The translations under genes were made by a program, and so were the position numbers. From the human T2T-CHM13v2.0 reference genome, Homo sapiens: a stretch of DNA of 64,000 nucleotides. Within the stretch, counting starts at the first letter, position 1, and each line of letters begins with the position of its first letter. Location: assembly GCF_009914755.1 (NCBI RefSeq), contig NC_060929.1. One strand, 5' to 3'. This document shows positions 42,007 to 54,741 of the stretch, in pieces. The notes under the pieces are model-generated. The model saw only the letters and a list, made by a program, of their open reading frames with translations, did no database searches and had not been told where the DNA came from.

Positions 42007-42305
42007 CTTTTTTTTCTCCTTTTTTTTAGAGGCAAGGTTTCGCTCTGTCACCCTGGCTGAAGTGGAGTGGCCTGATCATAGTTCACTGTAACCTCTAACT
42101 CCTGCACTTCAGAGGCCCTCCCACCTTAGCTCAAGTATCTATCATTACGGGTGTGTGCCGCCATGCCTGGCCAATTTTTCAAATTTTTTTGTAGAGACAG
42201 TATCTAGCCCTCTCGTTCTGGCTGGCCTTGAACTCCTGATGTCAAGCGATCCTCTCAACCTTGGCCTCTCAGAAGGCTGGGATTACAGGCCTGAGCCACT
42301 GCCTG
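42007..42305 (-). mobile_element. AluJ
   Basis: Diverged reverse Alu with T-rich head. Confidence 0.85.
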
Positions 42306-44926
42306 TTTCTCTTGTTTTCCCATATTATCATAAAGCTTTAATGTAAGCAAGGTAAGACATTAACAATTCAACAAGAGATTTTCATCTAATATAGGGAGAT
42401 ATCCAATAGCTCTTACTTTCTAGTGCTTAGCAATTTGATGAAAATATTAAAAGAGTACTTGAATGTGGCAAAGTAGGAGGAAAAGATTGGTGATACTTTG
42501 GCCCTTGTGTAACATGGAATTGAAATTGAAAATGATATTAAATATTTTCCAGATAGTGAAGAATTATTTTTTTGAGAAAGAAATGAGGCATTTCAAATTT
42601 TTTCATCACAAATCTTACTAGCAAATGTTACAAATAAAATAATTTTACTTTACATGCAAGTTTCAGATGGAGGCACACATAGAAAAATGAGCAAACTATA
42701 GTAATAGATAATGGCATCAAATTTACTTTGATGATGGCCAAGAAAATCAAATGAGAAAGAACAAATCTACTAAGCTACAGAAAATAAGCGATCACTGAAA
42801 AAAACCCTAAAACTTAAAAGAAAATATATTATTCAGACATTATTATTATTAATTGGCATAATACTTAGATCAGCTTGGAAAGGTGACCCTCTTTCTAATT
42901 TTAGAGTAAGTTACATTATTTAATAATAAGTAAAATAGTTGGGGAATCATTATGTAAGATGTGAATTTCAGTAAGACATCTTGAGAATTCTCTAGTTTAT
43001 CAATTTTTCTTCCTGTTGGCAAGAATGCACCTGAACTATTCCAAACATGTAAAATTATCTCACCTTTAAAGATACCTAATTAATTTTAATTTATGAATCT
43101 TTCTTCATAATTCATTGTCTGAGAATCCCTTTTTATTTAGTCATTAACTCACAAAAATAAAATATCACAACAACAGTTTTTCTAGGAAATTATCTAAAGA
43201 ACTAAATGGAAAGCAATAATAAATGTTTATTTTGTGAAACTAAGCTCTGAAAGGAGCTGAACTGCTCCTGTCTGATATGGCTAGTACTCAATGAATTTTA
43301 TCCTGTATCACTGTACAGTCATCTTGAAAATGAGAAATGATAATTCAAAACATTATTGCACTTTACATTTAATGAAAAATATTGGCTAGTTAGATCAACC
43401 CTTAAAAAAAAACAAGTTTTGCAAGATTAAAATATTGTTACAATAGTTGTTTTTATAATACACATTCAAAAATACTTAAGCATTCACATCTGATGGAGGA
43501 TAAATCTGTTTAAAGGGGTTTAAAGTACAACCACTCACCACTAAGCTGGCCTTTGTCAGCATGCCCTTGACATCTGAATAAGTCTATTCTCTGTGTGGTG
43601 AGGGGTCAACACAATAAAATGGCTGTTATTGAATCATCAAGTGGTTTGGGAGAATACTACCAAAATGCTGTCTAGGTGTTCTAGCACTGATCTGTGCAGA
43701 GGTCACTTTCACCTGAGCTACCTATGAAATCTCATGTTCAACAAGACACAAGGAATAGTTAACAAGCCCAGAGACAGTAAATATTGAAGCAACTCTCCCT
43801 TGGCCAGTGTTTTGTATTTAACCCAAGTCTTCTCCAGGAGCATTGTTAAATCTGTTTTAGAACTAGAGAAAGAATGTGAACTTGACACCTTTGGATGGAT
43901 GGGAATTTCCTGTCTTAAATCCCATCCTGATTCAATCACAGAAACTTTATTATGTTCATTATTTGTATTATCATTGCTGTTCTTGTTTAAAATTGGATCA
44001 TTTGTAAGATTTCCAAATCTCAAAATCTTGAAGAGATCAACCACCAAAAAACAGACTAAAAAGCCACCGTAATGAAGAAATAAGTCCATTACTGAGACTA
44101 TCTCAGCATTTCACATGGTTATATGCTAAGTAAGTTTTTTATATTATAAGGTTGTTTGACACAGCAAGGTAACTTTGAAAACAAAATATATCTTCAAAGG
44201 TTCATTTTAAAAATTAGGCAGCATGTACTACATACCATATATAATTTCAGAAATACAAATCATTGTTATTTCCTCCTGAAATAATATAATTATTTAAATT
44301 TATGATTTTCATAAAATACTTCACTTAAATATTACTCTAGGTATGAAAACGTGTATTACAGATAAAAATTACTAAAGACCATCTCTAAAAAATATCCTGT
44401 AGAATAGACTTACTAACCAAAGAGTATATATAGTAAATATTGGCCTGTTTTACCAAAAATGAGGTAGATTAATTGGGTATACTCATGAAGAATGACTTGC
44501 AATTAATCCCTAATAATATTCTTAAATGCCAAGTATATGTAAATCAAATGCATGATTATTTGAAAGCCAGCACAGTTTCCATAGAGTGGAACATACTTTT
44601 TCTAGCATGCCTTGATATACTTTTAAGCAAGAAGAGCTCTTGTAGGGATGTCAGATATTTAAACCAAGTTCTGACCTCTTCCTAAATCTAATGTATTACT
44701 TTGGCTTTCTACTCAACATGGCTCTGTATTTACTGTTTTTAAAAAAGATTTTTAATTATTATTGGCACATAATAGGTACATATAATCATTGGGTACACAT
44801 GATGTTCTGGTACAAGCATACAATGTTTAATAATCACATTAGGGAAATTGGTCTCTCTATGTCTTCATTCTTGAGTTCAGTGTTACAGTTATGATTAAAG
44901 AAAATATCTCTTCACTAGTTTGGGCC

Positions 44927-45366
44927 TGTTAAAGTGAACTAAATGTGGCCTAAGAAGGACTCCATACTTCTCTATTTGAGTCCTTGTGGAGGAACTACAG
45001 CCTAACTTAATAGGTAGGCAAGATTGAAAACCTAACTTAGGAGTATGTGCCTATAACAGTAGCTGAGTCTTGGGCAATCCCAGCAGCCATACTTCAACCA
45101 CTCACACAGTGCTGAGTGTTCAAACTGTGTTCACATAAGGCAAATGCCAACCTGTAACCAATCCAGCTGTTTCGCTGTTTCTGTACTTCACTTCCAATTT
45201 CTATATGTCACTTTACTCTTTTTAACTATAAATTTGGTCTGACCATGAGGCACCCTTGGAGTCTCTCTGAATCTGCTGTGATTCTGGGGGCTGCCTGATT
45301 TGCAAATCATTCATTGCTCAATTAAACTCCTTTAAATTTAATTGGGCTGAAGTTTTTCTTTTAACA
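44927..45366 (+). repeat. 5' LTR (MER57A/B-like)
   Basis: tgttaaagtgaactaaat...gaagtttttcttttaaca; CCAAT box and TATAAA at 45227-45232. Confidence 0.92.
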
Positions 45367-45368
45367 GA

Positions 45369-45386
45369 TGGTGTCAGAAGTGGGAT
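45369..45386 (+). promoter_or_regulatory. Primer-binding site complementary to tRNA-Leu(CAA) 3' end
   Basis: tggtgtcagaagtgggat, 2 nt after the 5' LTR. Confidence 0.85.
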
Positions 45387-46423
45387 CTGAAGTACAGCTT
45401 CTAATGACCCCCAGGAGCTCTGAGTGAACAAGCAAGGTAACTGCTGGATTCACTTGTGTCTTTTGATCTCTCAGAGTGGCTGGGGGTCATGGTAACTTTT
45501 TTCTCAGATTTCAGAGCTCCACGGATTTGTGTTTTGAGCCCTCCAAGATTCTTTTAGAAAATTTCTGTTCCAAACTGTGTTTGGAAGTCACAAAAGAAAA
45601 TAGACCAACTGAGTCCAGGATTAGATTTGATCCAGCAATTAACTGGCTTGGATCCAGTTAGAGGTCTCTTACATCTGACTGGGTCAGAAAGAAACTGTTA
45701 GTAAGTGGTAATATTGCAGGAGTTGTAAAATTTGGCTTTTGAAAATTCACAGGGATTCTTATGTTCTACCTCTTTGTTGCATTTTCCTTGTGTGCTTAAG
45801 TAGGAAAAAAAATCCTTGGCTAAGTTAATCAAGGGAAACTGAAAGTAAAACTGATATTTTAAGTAAAAATGAGATCCTTAATTTCTGGAAAACTGCCTTC
45901 CTTTCAGCTTATACATTAGGCCCAGAGGTCGTAAAGTCTTACAGAAATCGCAAAATGTTACTAAAGATGATTTATAGTGGAACATTCCAAATGAACAACA
46001 ACACATTAAAGTGCACTTAACAAAAAATTAGGGCTCCCAAATTAGTCTCATCTAGGGATGCCAGCTGATATGCAGAAGGTTCTAAAAAGATGCCAATATT
46101 TTTATTTAAAACACATACTTTGCTCTGGCTGGAATGGAAAATATTAGAATTTAGGTACTCCCATGCAGCTGGTGGGGTGGCAACTTGCAAAACTGAGACG
46201 ATTTTGCCTGTGGTTCCATGATTTTCCTTTGTGTTGTAGCTTGGCCCCCAGGGCAATGGTGTGGGAAGCCAGGTCCCTAGGGTTGCTCAGGGAAAGAGAA
46301 CCCAGAAGCCTGCCATGCCAGCAAAAAGGTAAGAATTTCTTACCAGTCAGACTTCTGGCCAGTCTCTCTCTGTGCAAACCAGTTGAATGAATGATAAAAA
46401 TCACTGTTAATATCCTCTGTAAA

Positions 46424-46728
46424 GTTTTGATTCATGGGAAAAAAGATTTGTTAGGCTAATCTTAAGCTGTAGTGAATCTGGTATGCTTTGAGTGTCTTTC
46501 TGTATTGTTCTGTCATAAACAGGGGTACCTTAGGATAGAACATGGGCTTAGAACCCCATAAGCCCACTGTTCAAGATGGCCCAGCAAACTGGTCTGTTAT
46601 GTCCTTGGGAGCTTGACCTTGTAACCACGTGGCAGCACTTTCTTTTGGTCTCCATCATCACAATTGCAGCCCAGGTTCAGAGTTCAATTCCCTGCTTAAG
46701 GAATGAGTACTTTCTTGTTTGATATCTG
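46424..46728 (+). repeat. 305-bp direct repeat, copy 1 (copy 2 at 48965-49268)
   Basis: By-eye alignment: 7 substitutions plus a 1-nt indel between copies. Confidence 0.95.
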
Positions 46729-48964
46729 CATGACTTTTGTTGATTTTCTTCCACTTCATGAACCATCTTGAATTTTCCTTTCTCTGAGCATTTGTGAGGT
46801 TACCTTTGGTAATGTTCAAAAGCCAGTAATATTGGCTGTTTGGTCTGGCTAAATTCAGGTAAAAGATATTTAAAAGGACTTCTAAAGTGCTATGGTTAAA
46901 AGTCAGCTTAATTAAAAGTGGATATCCAAGCTATAGGTATATTTAAAACGCCTTTGTGTTTACTTCTTGGATCTTGTTTTTCTGGAAAAAGGGTTTTGCT
47001 TCTCAGTCAACTGTATTATTTCTCTCCATTTTATCTTGCCACTCTTAATGCACACAAGAGGCCCTAACCTGGTATTCCTCGGGGAAAACAGAGGAGGCAC
47101 CACAGACCCTATTTGGGGAAAAACCTTTGTTTTCCTCATGAAACCCCAGGAACTGAAAGTGAATAGACCCCTCTCAAAGTCTAAGGTTCTGTTCTGTTTT
47201 GCATTGTGTTATCTGACATTTTTGACTTTGGGGAGTATCAGAGATTGATCTGCATTATGAGAGGGCTTTAGTGTGCAGTAACAAGGTAGGAAATATACTT
47301 TTAGAGATGGGCCAATTCCAAAATGAGCTGATTGGCTTTGGGTTGCCATGCAATAAAATGCCCAGTAAAAGCGTTGCACTGTCTTCTCCCATAGCATCTC
47401 TTTCTTTTGGGGGATCCCAGATGTATCTAAAAATGGGACCCTTAATTTTGGAGATCTGTTTTTGTCTTCTAGCTGTGCCTGATCATTAGGCCATAAAAAC
47501 TGCATGCTTTAAAAAGAAACTTAGAAACTGGCAAATGAAAAGTCTTACAACTACTGGATCTTCTTCTGTCTGTCTGTGTAGTTATATATGTGTTGTGTGT
47601 GTAATGCTTACATAAAAGAGATCTAATTAATTGGCTTAAAGAAAAGTAAGTGTTTAGATAGAATATTTTGAAAGAAATATAAAAACTGTAATGCCTTTTA
47701 GTTCACATGACTTTGGTAATCTCTGGGAAATAAAAAGTTTTAAAGATTATTGGCAAAAATAAAGACATTTGGTCTAAATTCAGCAGGCTGGATATTAAGT
47801 TTACTAAATGCTTTAAGGCCATAAACTGCTTCTTTGACTTCTCAAAATTGTTCAGTTTACCTATTTTGGAGCATTAGATTCTAGATAAAGCCTGGGGACA
47901 TGTGGAAAGCCCAGCCCCGAGCTATGCTGGAAAAAGTCAGACCTTATCTGATGTCCTAGGCTCCATACTGACTACATAATTAAAATCTCTTAGTTACCAA
48001 GGTTTTTCACCAAAATTAAAAATTTCTAAGAGTTACCATTATAACATGTAATTTAGACTACTGAGAAAACAGCTTTACCTGCAAAGTATTTAAGGAAAGT
48101 AAAATGTGTTTTTAGGTTCCTCAAATACTTTAGAAAGGCATGGAAATGTGAATTTTCTTGCCTAAGTTTAGAGGGTTAAATGATTGTTTTAAGTGACATA
48201 GGAAAAATCTAAACATTTGAACAAGTTGTAAAAGTTTTATAAAATTAATTGTAAAAGAAATCCTGTGAACACTGGCTAAAGTTAAAGTGATATTACTCAG
48301 TTTTACTGTAAATTGAACATTAAAATAAAAGCACAAGAAGACTTTATTAAAGTGCTGATTTGCTCTTTCACAAAAATTATAAAGGGTTATACAAAGGCTT
48401 ATAAGAATTTCACCTTATGGTCAAACTGATTAAGATTGAATCAATTTGTCTTACAAGGTTTTATTAAAAATTACAGTTGACATTAATAGTAGACTAAAGC
48501 AAAGGTGAAATTTGATGTTCTCTCTTGAACAAGATTTTCATGTAATATTACAAGATAATGAAAGATTTTTGTTTGCCTTTTTTAATAGACTACCAAAAAG
48601 AGAAGGGAAAGACAAAAGACAGATTGTTTGGAAAGCTAAGTCTTCCCTTTATGAATGAGTAAAGGTTTTTGCCTTTTTAAAATTTTTGAGTCATCATTTG
48701 ACTTATGGTGACCTGGAATTCTGTTTCATAATATCAAGTGTTTTAAACCTGTAACATATTTGATAGGCTTCCCCAAATCAAATTTAAGCTTCAGAATTGT
48801 CTTTCCTGACCTCTAACTTTGGGGTGCTATGGAGGGCCCCTGAAGCATCCAAAAAAGAGGTAAACAGGACTATTTGACATGTTAAGTTACATGGGAAGCA
48901 TTGTCAAAATAAAAAATAATGTTTAACCTCCTTCAGGTTATATTTTAGTGTAGGTCATCAATAT

Positions 48965-49268
48965 GTTTTGATTAATGGGAAAAAAGATTTGTTAGGCTAA
49001 TCTTAAGCTTAGTGAATCTGGTATTCTTTGAGTGTCTTTCTGTATTGTTCTGTCATAAACAGGGGTACCTTAGGATAGAACATGGTCTTAGAACCCTATA
49101 AGCCCACTGTTCAAGATGGCCCAGCAAACTGGTCTGTTATGTCCTTGGGAGCTTGACCTTGTAACCACGTGGCAGCACTTTCTTTTGGTCTCCATCATCA
49201 CAATTGCAGCCCAGGTTCAGAGTTCAATTCCCCACTTAGGGAATGAGTACTTTCTTGTTTGATATCTG
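48965..49268 (+). repeat. 305-bp direct repeat, copy 2
   Basis: gttttgattaatgggaaaaaagatttgttaggc...gtactttcttgtttgatatctg matches 46424-46728. Confidence 0.95.
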
Positions 49269-51351
49269 AATAAACTCCATGGTCTAAGTCAAATTACCTT
49301 TAATAACCCATCAGTTATCAGTGCTATGTACCTAAATTGGAGAAACAACTGATATTTAAGAAGACATAAGTCCAGTGTTAAGCATGGATTCATGGAGAAC
49401 CAGGGTGGCTGCCTTTTCCTTCCTGAGTCCTTAAAGCTTTTGTTATTAAAGGTTCTGCATTCCATGACTCATCATGGAAAGGATAAAATTATCCAAATTA
49501 AATATATATTGGTGTAGTGACTTCTAAATTGCTAAAATAGTTTATAACCAATGTTTAGTTTGTCAAACCCATATTCCTGGGAAGACAATAAAAACTTCAG
49601 GCACATCTGGCTACCTGATGGACCATTTAAACATTTATAGAGAGATTTCATTCAACTGTCATTTTCAATACATATTTTTTCTGGTCATATAAAAGCTTTC
49701 CCATGCAAAAGAGCTGATGTTATATCACTAAATTATTGTGCTACAGTGTATTTTCATCAGGTAAAGAAAGCTATTCATGGTTCACTGACTGGGTATAATC
49801 AACCCCTTCACAATTTAGAATCTGAAGATTGGATCTCTGAGAACATCAGAAAAAGACTGTCCTTGCTATGCACACTACAGCAAAAACTTTGGGACTTTGA
49901 AACTGGATTTATAATCCCACAACTGAGAACAGAGTCTCTCCAAACTCTTGCAATTGTATACCCACTGGAACACTTAAGGTAAAGCTAACCAGGGAAGATG
50001 GCATCCTTTATGTGAACAGCTTTTCACAAGATCACAGATCAGGACTTCTACTATCATGAGACCCTTATTTTTGAATATTTTTTCCTTGCTTATGCCTTTA
50101 TGAACAATAGAAGTGAAAAGGGGGTCTGTTGTGTGCACTTATGGAGTATACTTTCATTTGTGACCGATTTTGCAGCTGCCCTTATACATAGATAACTTTA
50201 TACTTTGATAGGTGAAGGCCCAGTGTATGTGAGAAACTTTAATGGTACATATGTTTTCTCATAATCAGTCAGAAACAGAACATTTGTTCACTCCTCTGAA
50301 CCCACATCATCAGTTAAAGAGAACATTGCCAAGAGGGCCTTCGATCTTCTAGAAGGGCATCGTTTGTTAGGTCCTTTTTCCATGGTTTGGAATAAAAGAG
50401 GCAATGAATAGAAATGTATACCTCACAATAGACTCTATGGCAGATTCTGCTGTAAAGACTATACTTACACAACAGACTTTAAATTCTCTTGGGAAAATTA
50501 TGCTAAATAATAGAATTGGCTAAACAGAGAAGTATCTGTGTATCTGCTGACACTTATGGCCTATGGAGAAGACATCAGGTATTGCAGAGATTCAGTGGCA
50601 GGAAATTAATGAAAAGACCACTTAGTTAAGCAAGTAGACTCTTTAGCTCATTCTTTTATCTATTTAGTTTTAGATGGTTTGGTTTATGGGGACCCTGGGT
50701 AAGGAACATACTCCAAACTTTTGGTATTATCATCCCAATAGTCGTAATAGTCTCCCTGATGTTCTGTATTCTCTCAAAGGTTTTAAATGTTTGCATGCAG
50801 CCATCTCTAGGATGTCAAATGGTATCTCTTCAGATACCATGCAGAGCTAAAAGAAATGTGCAACAATGAGGACACCATAACCTATGAATGACATGCTGAG
50901 ACTGGAAACCTAAAATGATGGTAACTGAGAGTGGTGCTAAGGCCCTAAGTTTTGGTCACACTGTCACCTAAATGAAAACCTGGCTGAAAGGGGTGAAATT
51001 TTTTAAACAAAATTATGGGAGGCCCTTGTTTTGGACTGAGCTTATGCACTAGGCCCCAACAGACCAAACTAAACCAAAATGGAGTCACTCATGCTAAATG
51101 TGACATAATCAAACTAAGACATTAAGGAAACACATAGATCCTAGAAGAGACCAGGTTTTGTTTTGCTCCTGTAAACAAGATGTTACAGTATGAGGGATAC
51201 CCTCTACTCAAGTCCTTGTTCCTGCCTTTGAAAAACTCACTGTTCTACTGTTTCTCAGTAGGTTTCAAGACCAAATAAGTACATTTGCAATGGTGATAGT
51301 GACATCAATGACTAAAGTTTTGGTCAATCTCTCAAAATTGAGAAAATGACC

Positions 51352-51363
51352 AAAAGGGGGGAA
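51352..51363 (+). promoter_or_regulatory. Polypurine tract
   Basis: aaaaggggggaa immediately before the 3' LTR. Confidence 0.85.
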
Positions 51364-51364
51364 T

Positions 51365-51796
51365 TGTTAAAGTGAACTAAATATAGCCTGAGAAGGGCTC
51401 CACAATTCTGTATTTGAGTCCTTGTGGACAAACTACAACCTAACTTAATAAGTAGACAAGATTAGAAACCAAACTTAGGAGTATGTGCCTGTAACAACAG
51501 CTGAGTCTTGGCCAGTCCCAGCAGCCATACTTCAACCATTCATACACTGCTGAGTGTTCAAACTGTGTTCAAATAAGGCAAACATCAACCTGTAACCAAT
51601 CTAACTGTTTTTGTACCTCACTTCCAATTTCTGTATGTCACTTTGCTTTTTTTGTCTATGAATTTGTTCTGACTATGAGTCACCCCTGGAGTCTCTCTGA
51701 ATCTGCTGTGATTCTGGGGACTGCCTGCTTCGCGAATTGTCCATTGTTCAATTAAACTCCTTTAAATTTAATTCATCTGAAGTTTTTCTTTTAACA
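51365..51796 (+). repeat. 3' LTR (MER57A/B-like)
   Basis: Direct repeat of 44927-45366. Confidence 0.92.
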
Positions 51797-52665
51797 GTCC
51801 TACAAAATCTTCACTGGCTAAGCTATAAGAGGAGGTCCTCAGGTGATGTTTAATATATAAAATTTTAATTTTTAATAGGTAGTCTATACTTGGATATCAA
51901 GAGTCTGTTTTGAGAATAGTATTTTGGACACAGTGTATCTTGAATTCACCAGGGTGCTTGATACCCTTGGTAGGAAAGCTGGATTAAACGTAACTTGCTG
52001 GAAGTGTCCAATTAGAGTAAAGTGAATGTAGTGGAAAAGTTCTAGCAGCAAGTTATAGATTTGGTAATTGTACCCTTACCCAACTTTGGTAGAAATTGGA
52101 TTGGCATTTGTTACAACACATCATATTAGTTGTTCATATTCCTGCTTCCTCTCCAACACCCACTCATTAATTCCCAAGGCATCATGGACTTGAATTGCGC
52201 CAGGCACCGTGCTGATGCTGAGTGTCACAGTGCAAAATTGGCCAGGTATGGTCCCTCTGTCATGGAATTTATAGTTTTATAAAGTCTTTCAATGCAGAAA
52301 ATAGGTCTTATTTAATTGTATTCAAATAAACACAATAGACACTTAACAAATATTTATGAATCTTGATAGAAATTTTGTAGGGTATATATGTCACATTTTC
52401 CAAATTTTGGATGCTGCTGGAGATACACTTGATATATTGAATAAGGGATTATGGATCTAAAAGATTTTCAAATCTCTATTTTTCAATCTAGAATTGCAGT
52501 GAATAAGACTGAATTTGTAGAGATGTGATTTAAGAAACACTCAAGGTAGAAATGGCCCTGAGTAGGGCCTGGCCTACAGCCAAGGGGAACTCTAGGCTGC
52601 CTGGCATGGTTGGTCAGTGCCAGGGCTGGGCTAAGAAACCAAGAAACACCAGTATTTAAGAGATG

Positions 52666-53923
52666 ATGGCATCTGAAACCCACAATGTTAAAAAGCAGAA
52701 CTTTTGAAATAATATTCAGGATCATTTAATTGATGGACCTAGGAAAAGGATTTCTAATTTCATTAATAAGAACAAGAAGGAAGTTAAGAAACCTCAACAG
52801 TTAGCTGCTTATATAAATAGAACAGTTGGACGAACTGTCAAAAGTCCAGATAAAACTAGGTAAGGTAATCTGGCCAGGTGCAGTGGCTCACGCCTGTAAT
52901 CCCAGCACTTTGGGAGGCCAAGGCAGGTGGATCATGAGGTCAGGAGATCGAGACCATCCTGGCTAACACAGTGAAACCCCATCTCTACTAAAAATACAAA
53001 AAATTAGCCAGGTGTGGTGGCTGGCATCTGTAGTCAGCCAGGGAGGCTGAGGCAGGAGAATGGCGTGAACCCAGGAGGCAGAGCCTGCAGCGAGCCGAGA
53101 TCGCACCACTGTACTCCAGTCTGGACTACAGAGTGAGACTCTATCTCAAAACAAAAAACAAACAAACAAAAACTATGTAAGGTAATCTTTCATAGAAAGT
53201 TAGTTCATTATCCCTTTCCAAACCTCTGTTATAGGAAAAACAAAACAAACAAAAAAACACAGTCCCCTAGAAGTGGGGCTGTGACGTGGCAAATAAAGAA
53301 AATGAACTGGTTTGTGCAGGCCACCTGCCTGAAAAATTATGCCAGAGTAGGCAAATATATTTGCTTAACCCCAGTGATTCCAATTTTTCACAGATATAAA
53401 GCCCATCATCACAATACAGTCAGTATTTTTCGCAAGTTTCTCAGGATCATGAAACAAATGGCCCAAGTTTTGCTCAGCAGGAATTTGAAACTGAATGTAT
53501 CTTTAACTTTCTGGAGAAAGAAGTATACGTGAATTTGCAGCTTGTTTGGTGAGAACAGAAGATCTTGGCATTGAGGTAGATTGCCTTCCTGTGCTCACCA
53601 GTAGTTTACAGGGAGAAAAACAATATATCTTACTTGAACGCTGGGTAGGCTCGTTGCCTCTAGTAAACTCACTATGTAAAAGCAAATTTGAAAAATACCT
53701 AACAGTTGGTTTAAACTGGCTTCAAGCAGTCATTAAAAGGTGGTGGTCAGAACTATTGTCCAAAACAGAAATTATAAATAATGGAAACATTCAGATTTTA
53801 AAACAACAGTTAAATGGATTGTTAGAACAGGGAAACCACCTTACTTTGGTTCCAGGATATACTGGTAATATAGCTAAGGAAGTAGATGCTTATTTATTAC
53901 CAGTGAGAGATTTAATCTACTAA
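52666..53923 (+). pseudogene. KATNBL1P: Processed pseudogene of KATNBL1 (katanin p80 subunit B-like 1)
   Basis: Intronless translation MASETHNVKK...[17 protein letters not shown] [Alu] ...[16 protein letters not shown]...SQDHE.MAQVL.SRN..LNV.LTFWRK...[12 protein letters not shown]...[33 protein letters not shown]...[21 protein letters not shown] matches KATNBL1; TGA at codon 14 (52705-52707); frameshifts. Probable 5' UTR from ~52553 and 3' UTR continuing toward ~55630 (ends uncertain). Confidence 0.95.
52872..53168 (+). mobile_element. AluY-like inserted in the pseudogene CDS
   Basis: gaatggcgtgaacc diagnostic; 20-bp TSD aaaactaggtaaggtaatct / aaaactatgtaaggtaatct. Confidence 0.95.
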
Positions 53924-54624
53924 AGAGCATTTGTTTATTCAAAACATTCCTGGATTATACAATTTACAAGAAAAAAAAAAAGATTTCTTCCGAGAGCTCT
54001 GAACTGTGGAAGAAATTAAAACCATTTTTTATTTTAAAAAGCCACATAATAAAACCACTAATGAAACCATAACAATCTACTTCACATAGAAGTGAAAAAA
54101 TACCCAAAAGAAGCAGCTTCAACTTTAATGAGATGAAAGTACACTATGGAAAATGTTGGCCTTGCTGCATTTGGGGTTTATATAGTTATTTGCTAACATT
54201 ATTTAAGAACTACTGGATCTTAACACAAGCCTGCATAAAAATATACTTTCTATTGTGTGAAAAACTAAGAGAGGGTGTATGGCTAGGAACCCTAAAGAGC
54301 AATCATCTCTTTTTGAAGTAACTTTTTGAAGACTGTGTTTTATTGAAAAAACAAATATGTGTGACTATCTTTTTGTATTTAAAAGAATGAAAGTTTAAAA
54401 CATAATGGCAAAAATCAATCTTAAGTATTTTTGTCCATACTGAGATACTGTGTATGTGAAATGCCTATGATACCAGTATCTGTTTTAAAAAATTAAAACC
54501 AACTATGCTTCTGCCACGACGAAATCATTAAATTAAATCAGGGGTTTATATTCATGTGGAGTGTTGTTGAAACGTATTCCATACCATTTTTAAAACTTGA
54601 AAATATCTGACCTTTTTGCCAGAA

Positions 54625-54741
54625 TCATCATGTCTATGTGCTCTCCCTCCCATAAGCGGTTTGAGTGTGTGGCCGCTGAACAGACGAGCCACACCACTGT
54701 TGTACATCCTGTGCTGGGGATCAGGGAACTCTCCCATTTCA
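54625..54741 (+). mobile_element. 3'-terminal fragment of an LTR27/LTR28/MER52-family LTR
   Basis: Ends ggggatcagggaactctcccatttca, the reverse complement of the terminus at 18516 (tgagatgggagagttccc). Confidence 0.7.

Larger units (their letters stand above)
44927..51796 (+). mobile_element. MER57-type ERV1 provirus (non-coding, both LTRs present)
   Basis: Direct-repeat LTRs 44927-45366 and 51365-51796 (TG...CA; about 52 substitutions by my count, ~12%); TSD ggcc/gtcc; integrase remnant LHSMTHHG..CLVCQTH..FSGHIKAFPC at ~49450-49715; env remnant LKRTLPRG, LNSLGKIMLNNRIG and a TM segment at ~50310-50790. Confidence 0.92.

Noticed and set aside
45476-47505. ORFs inside the provirus as possible gag/pol genes
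   Set aside because: Short, on both strands, with no gag or RT motifs; the internal region is non-coding
50110-50850. Env remnant as a syncytin-like domesticated gene
   Set aside because: Fragmented by stops, frameshifts and deletions; no ORF of 60 aa or more in the track
52666-53923. KATNBL1 as a functional gene
   Set aside because: Intronless, stop at codon 14, Alu insertion and frameshifts; which numbered pseudogene it is cannot be determined from sequence alone
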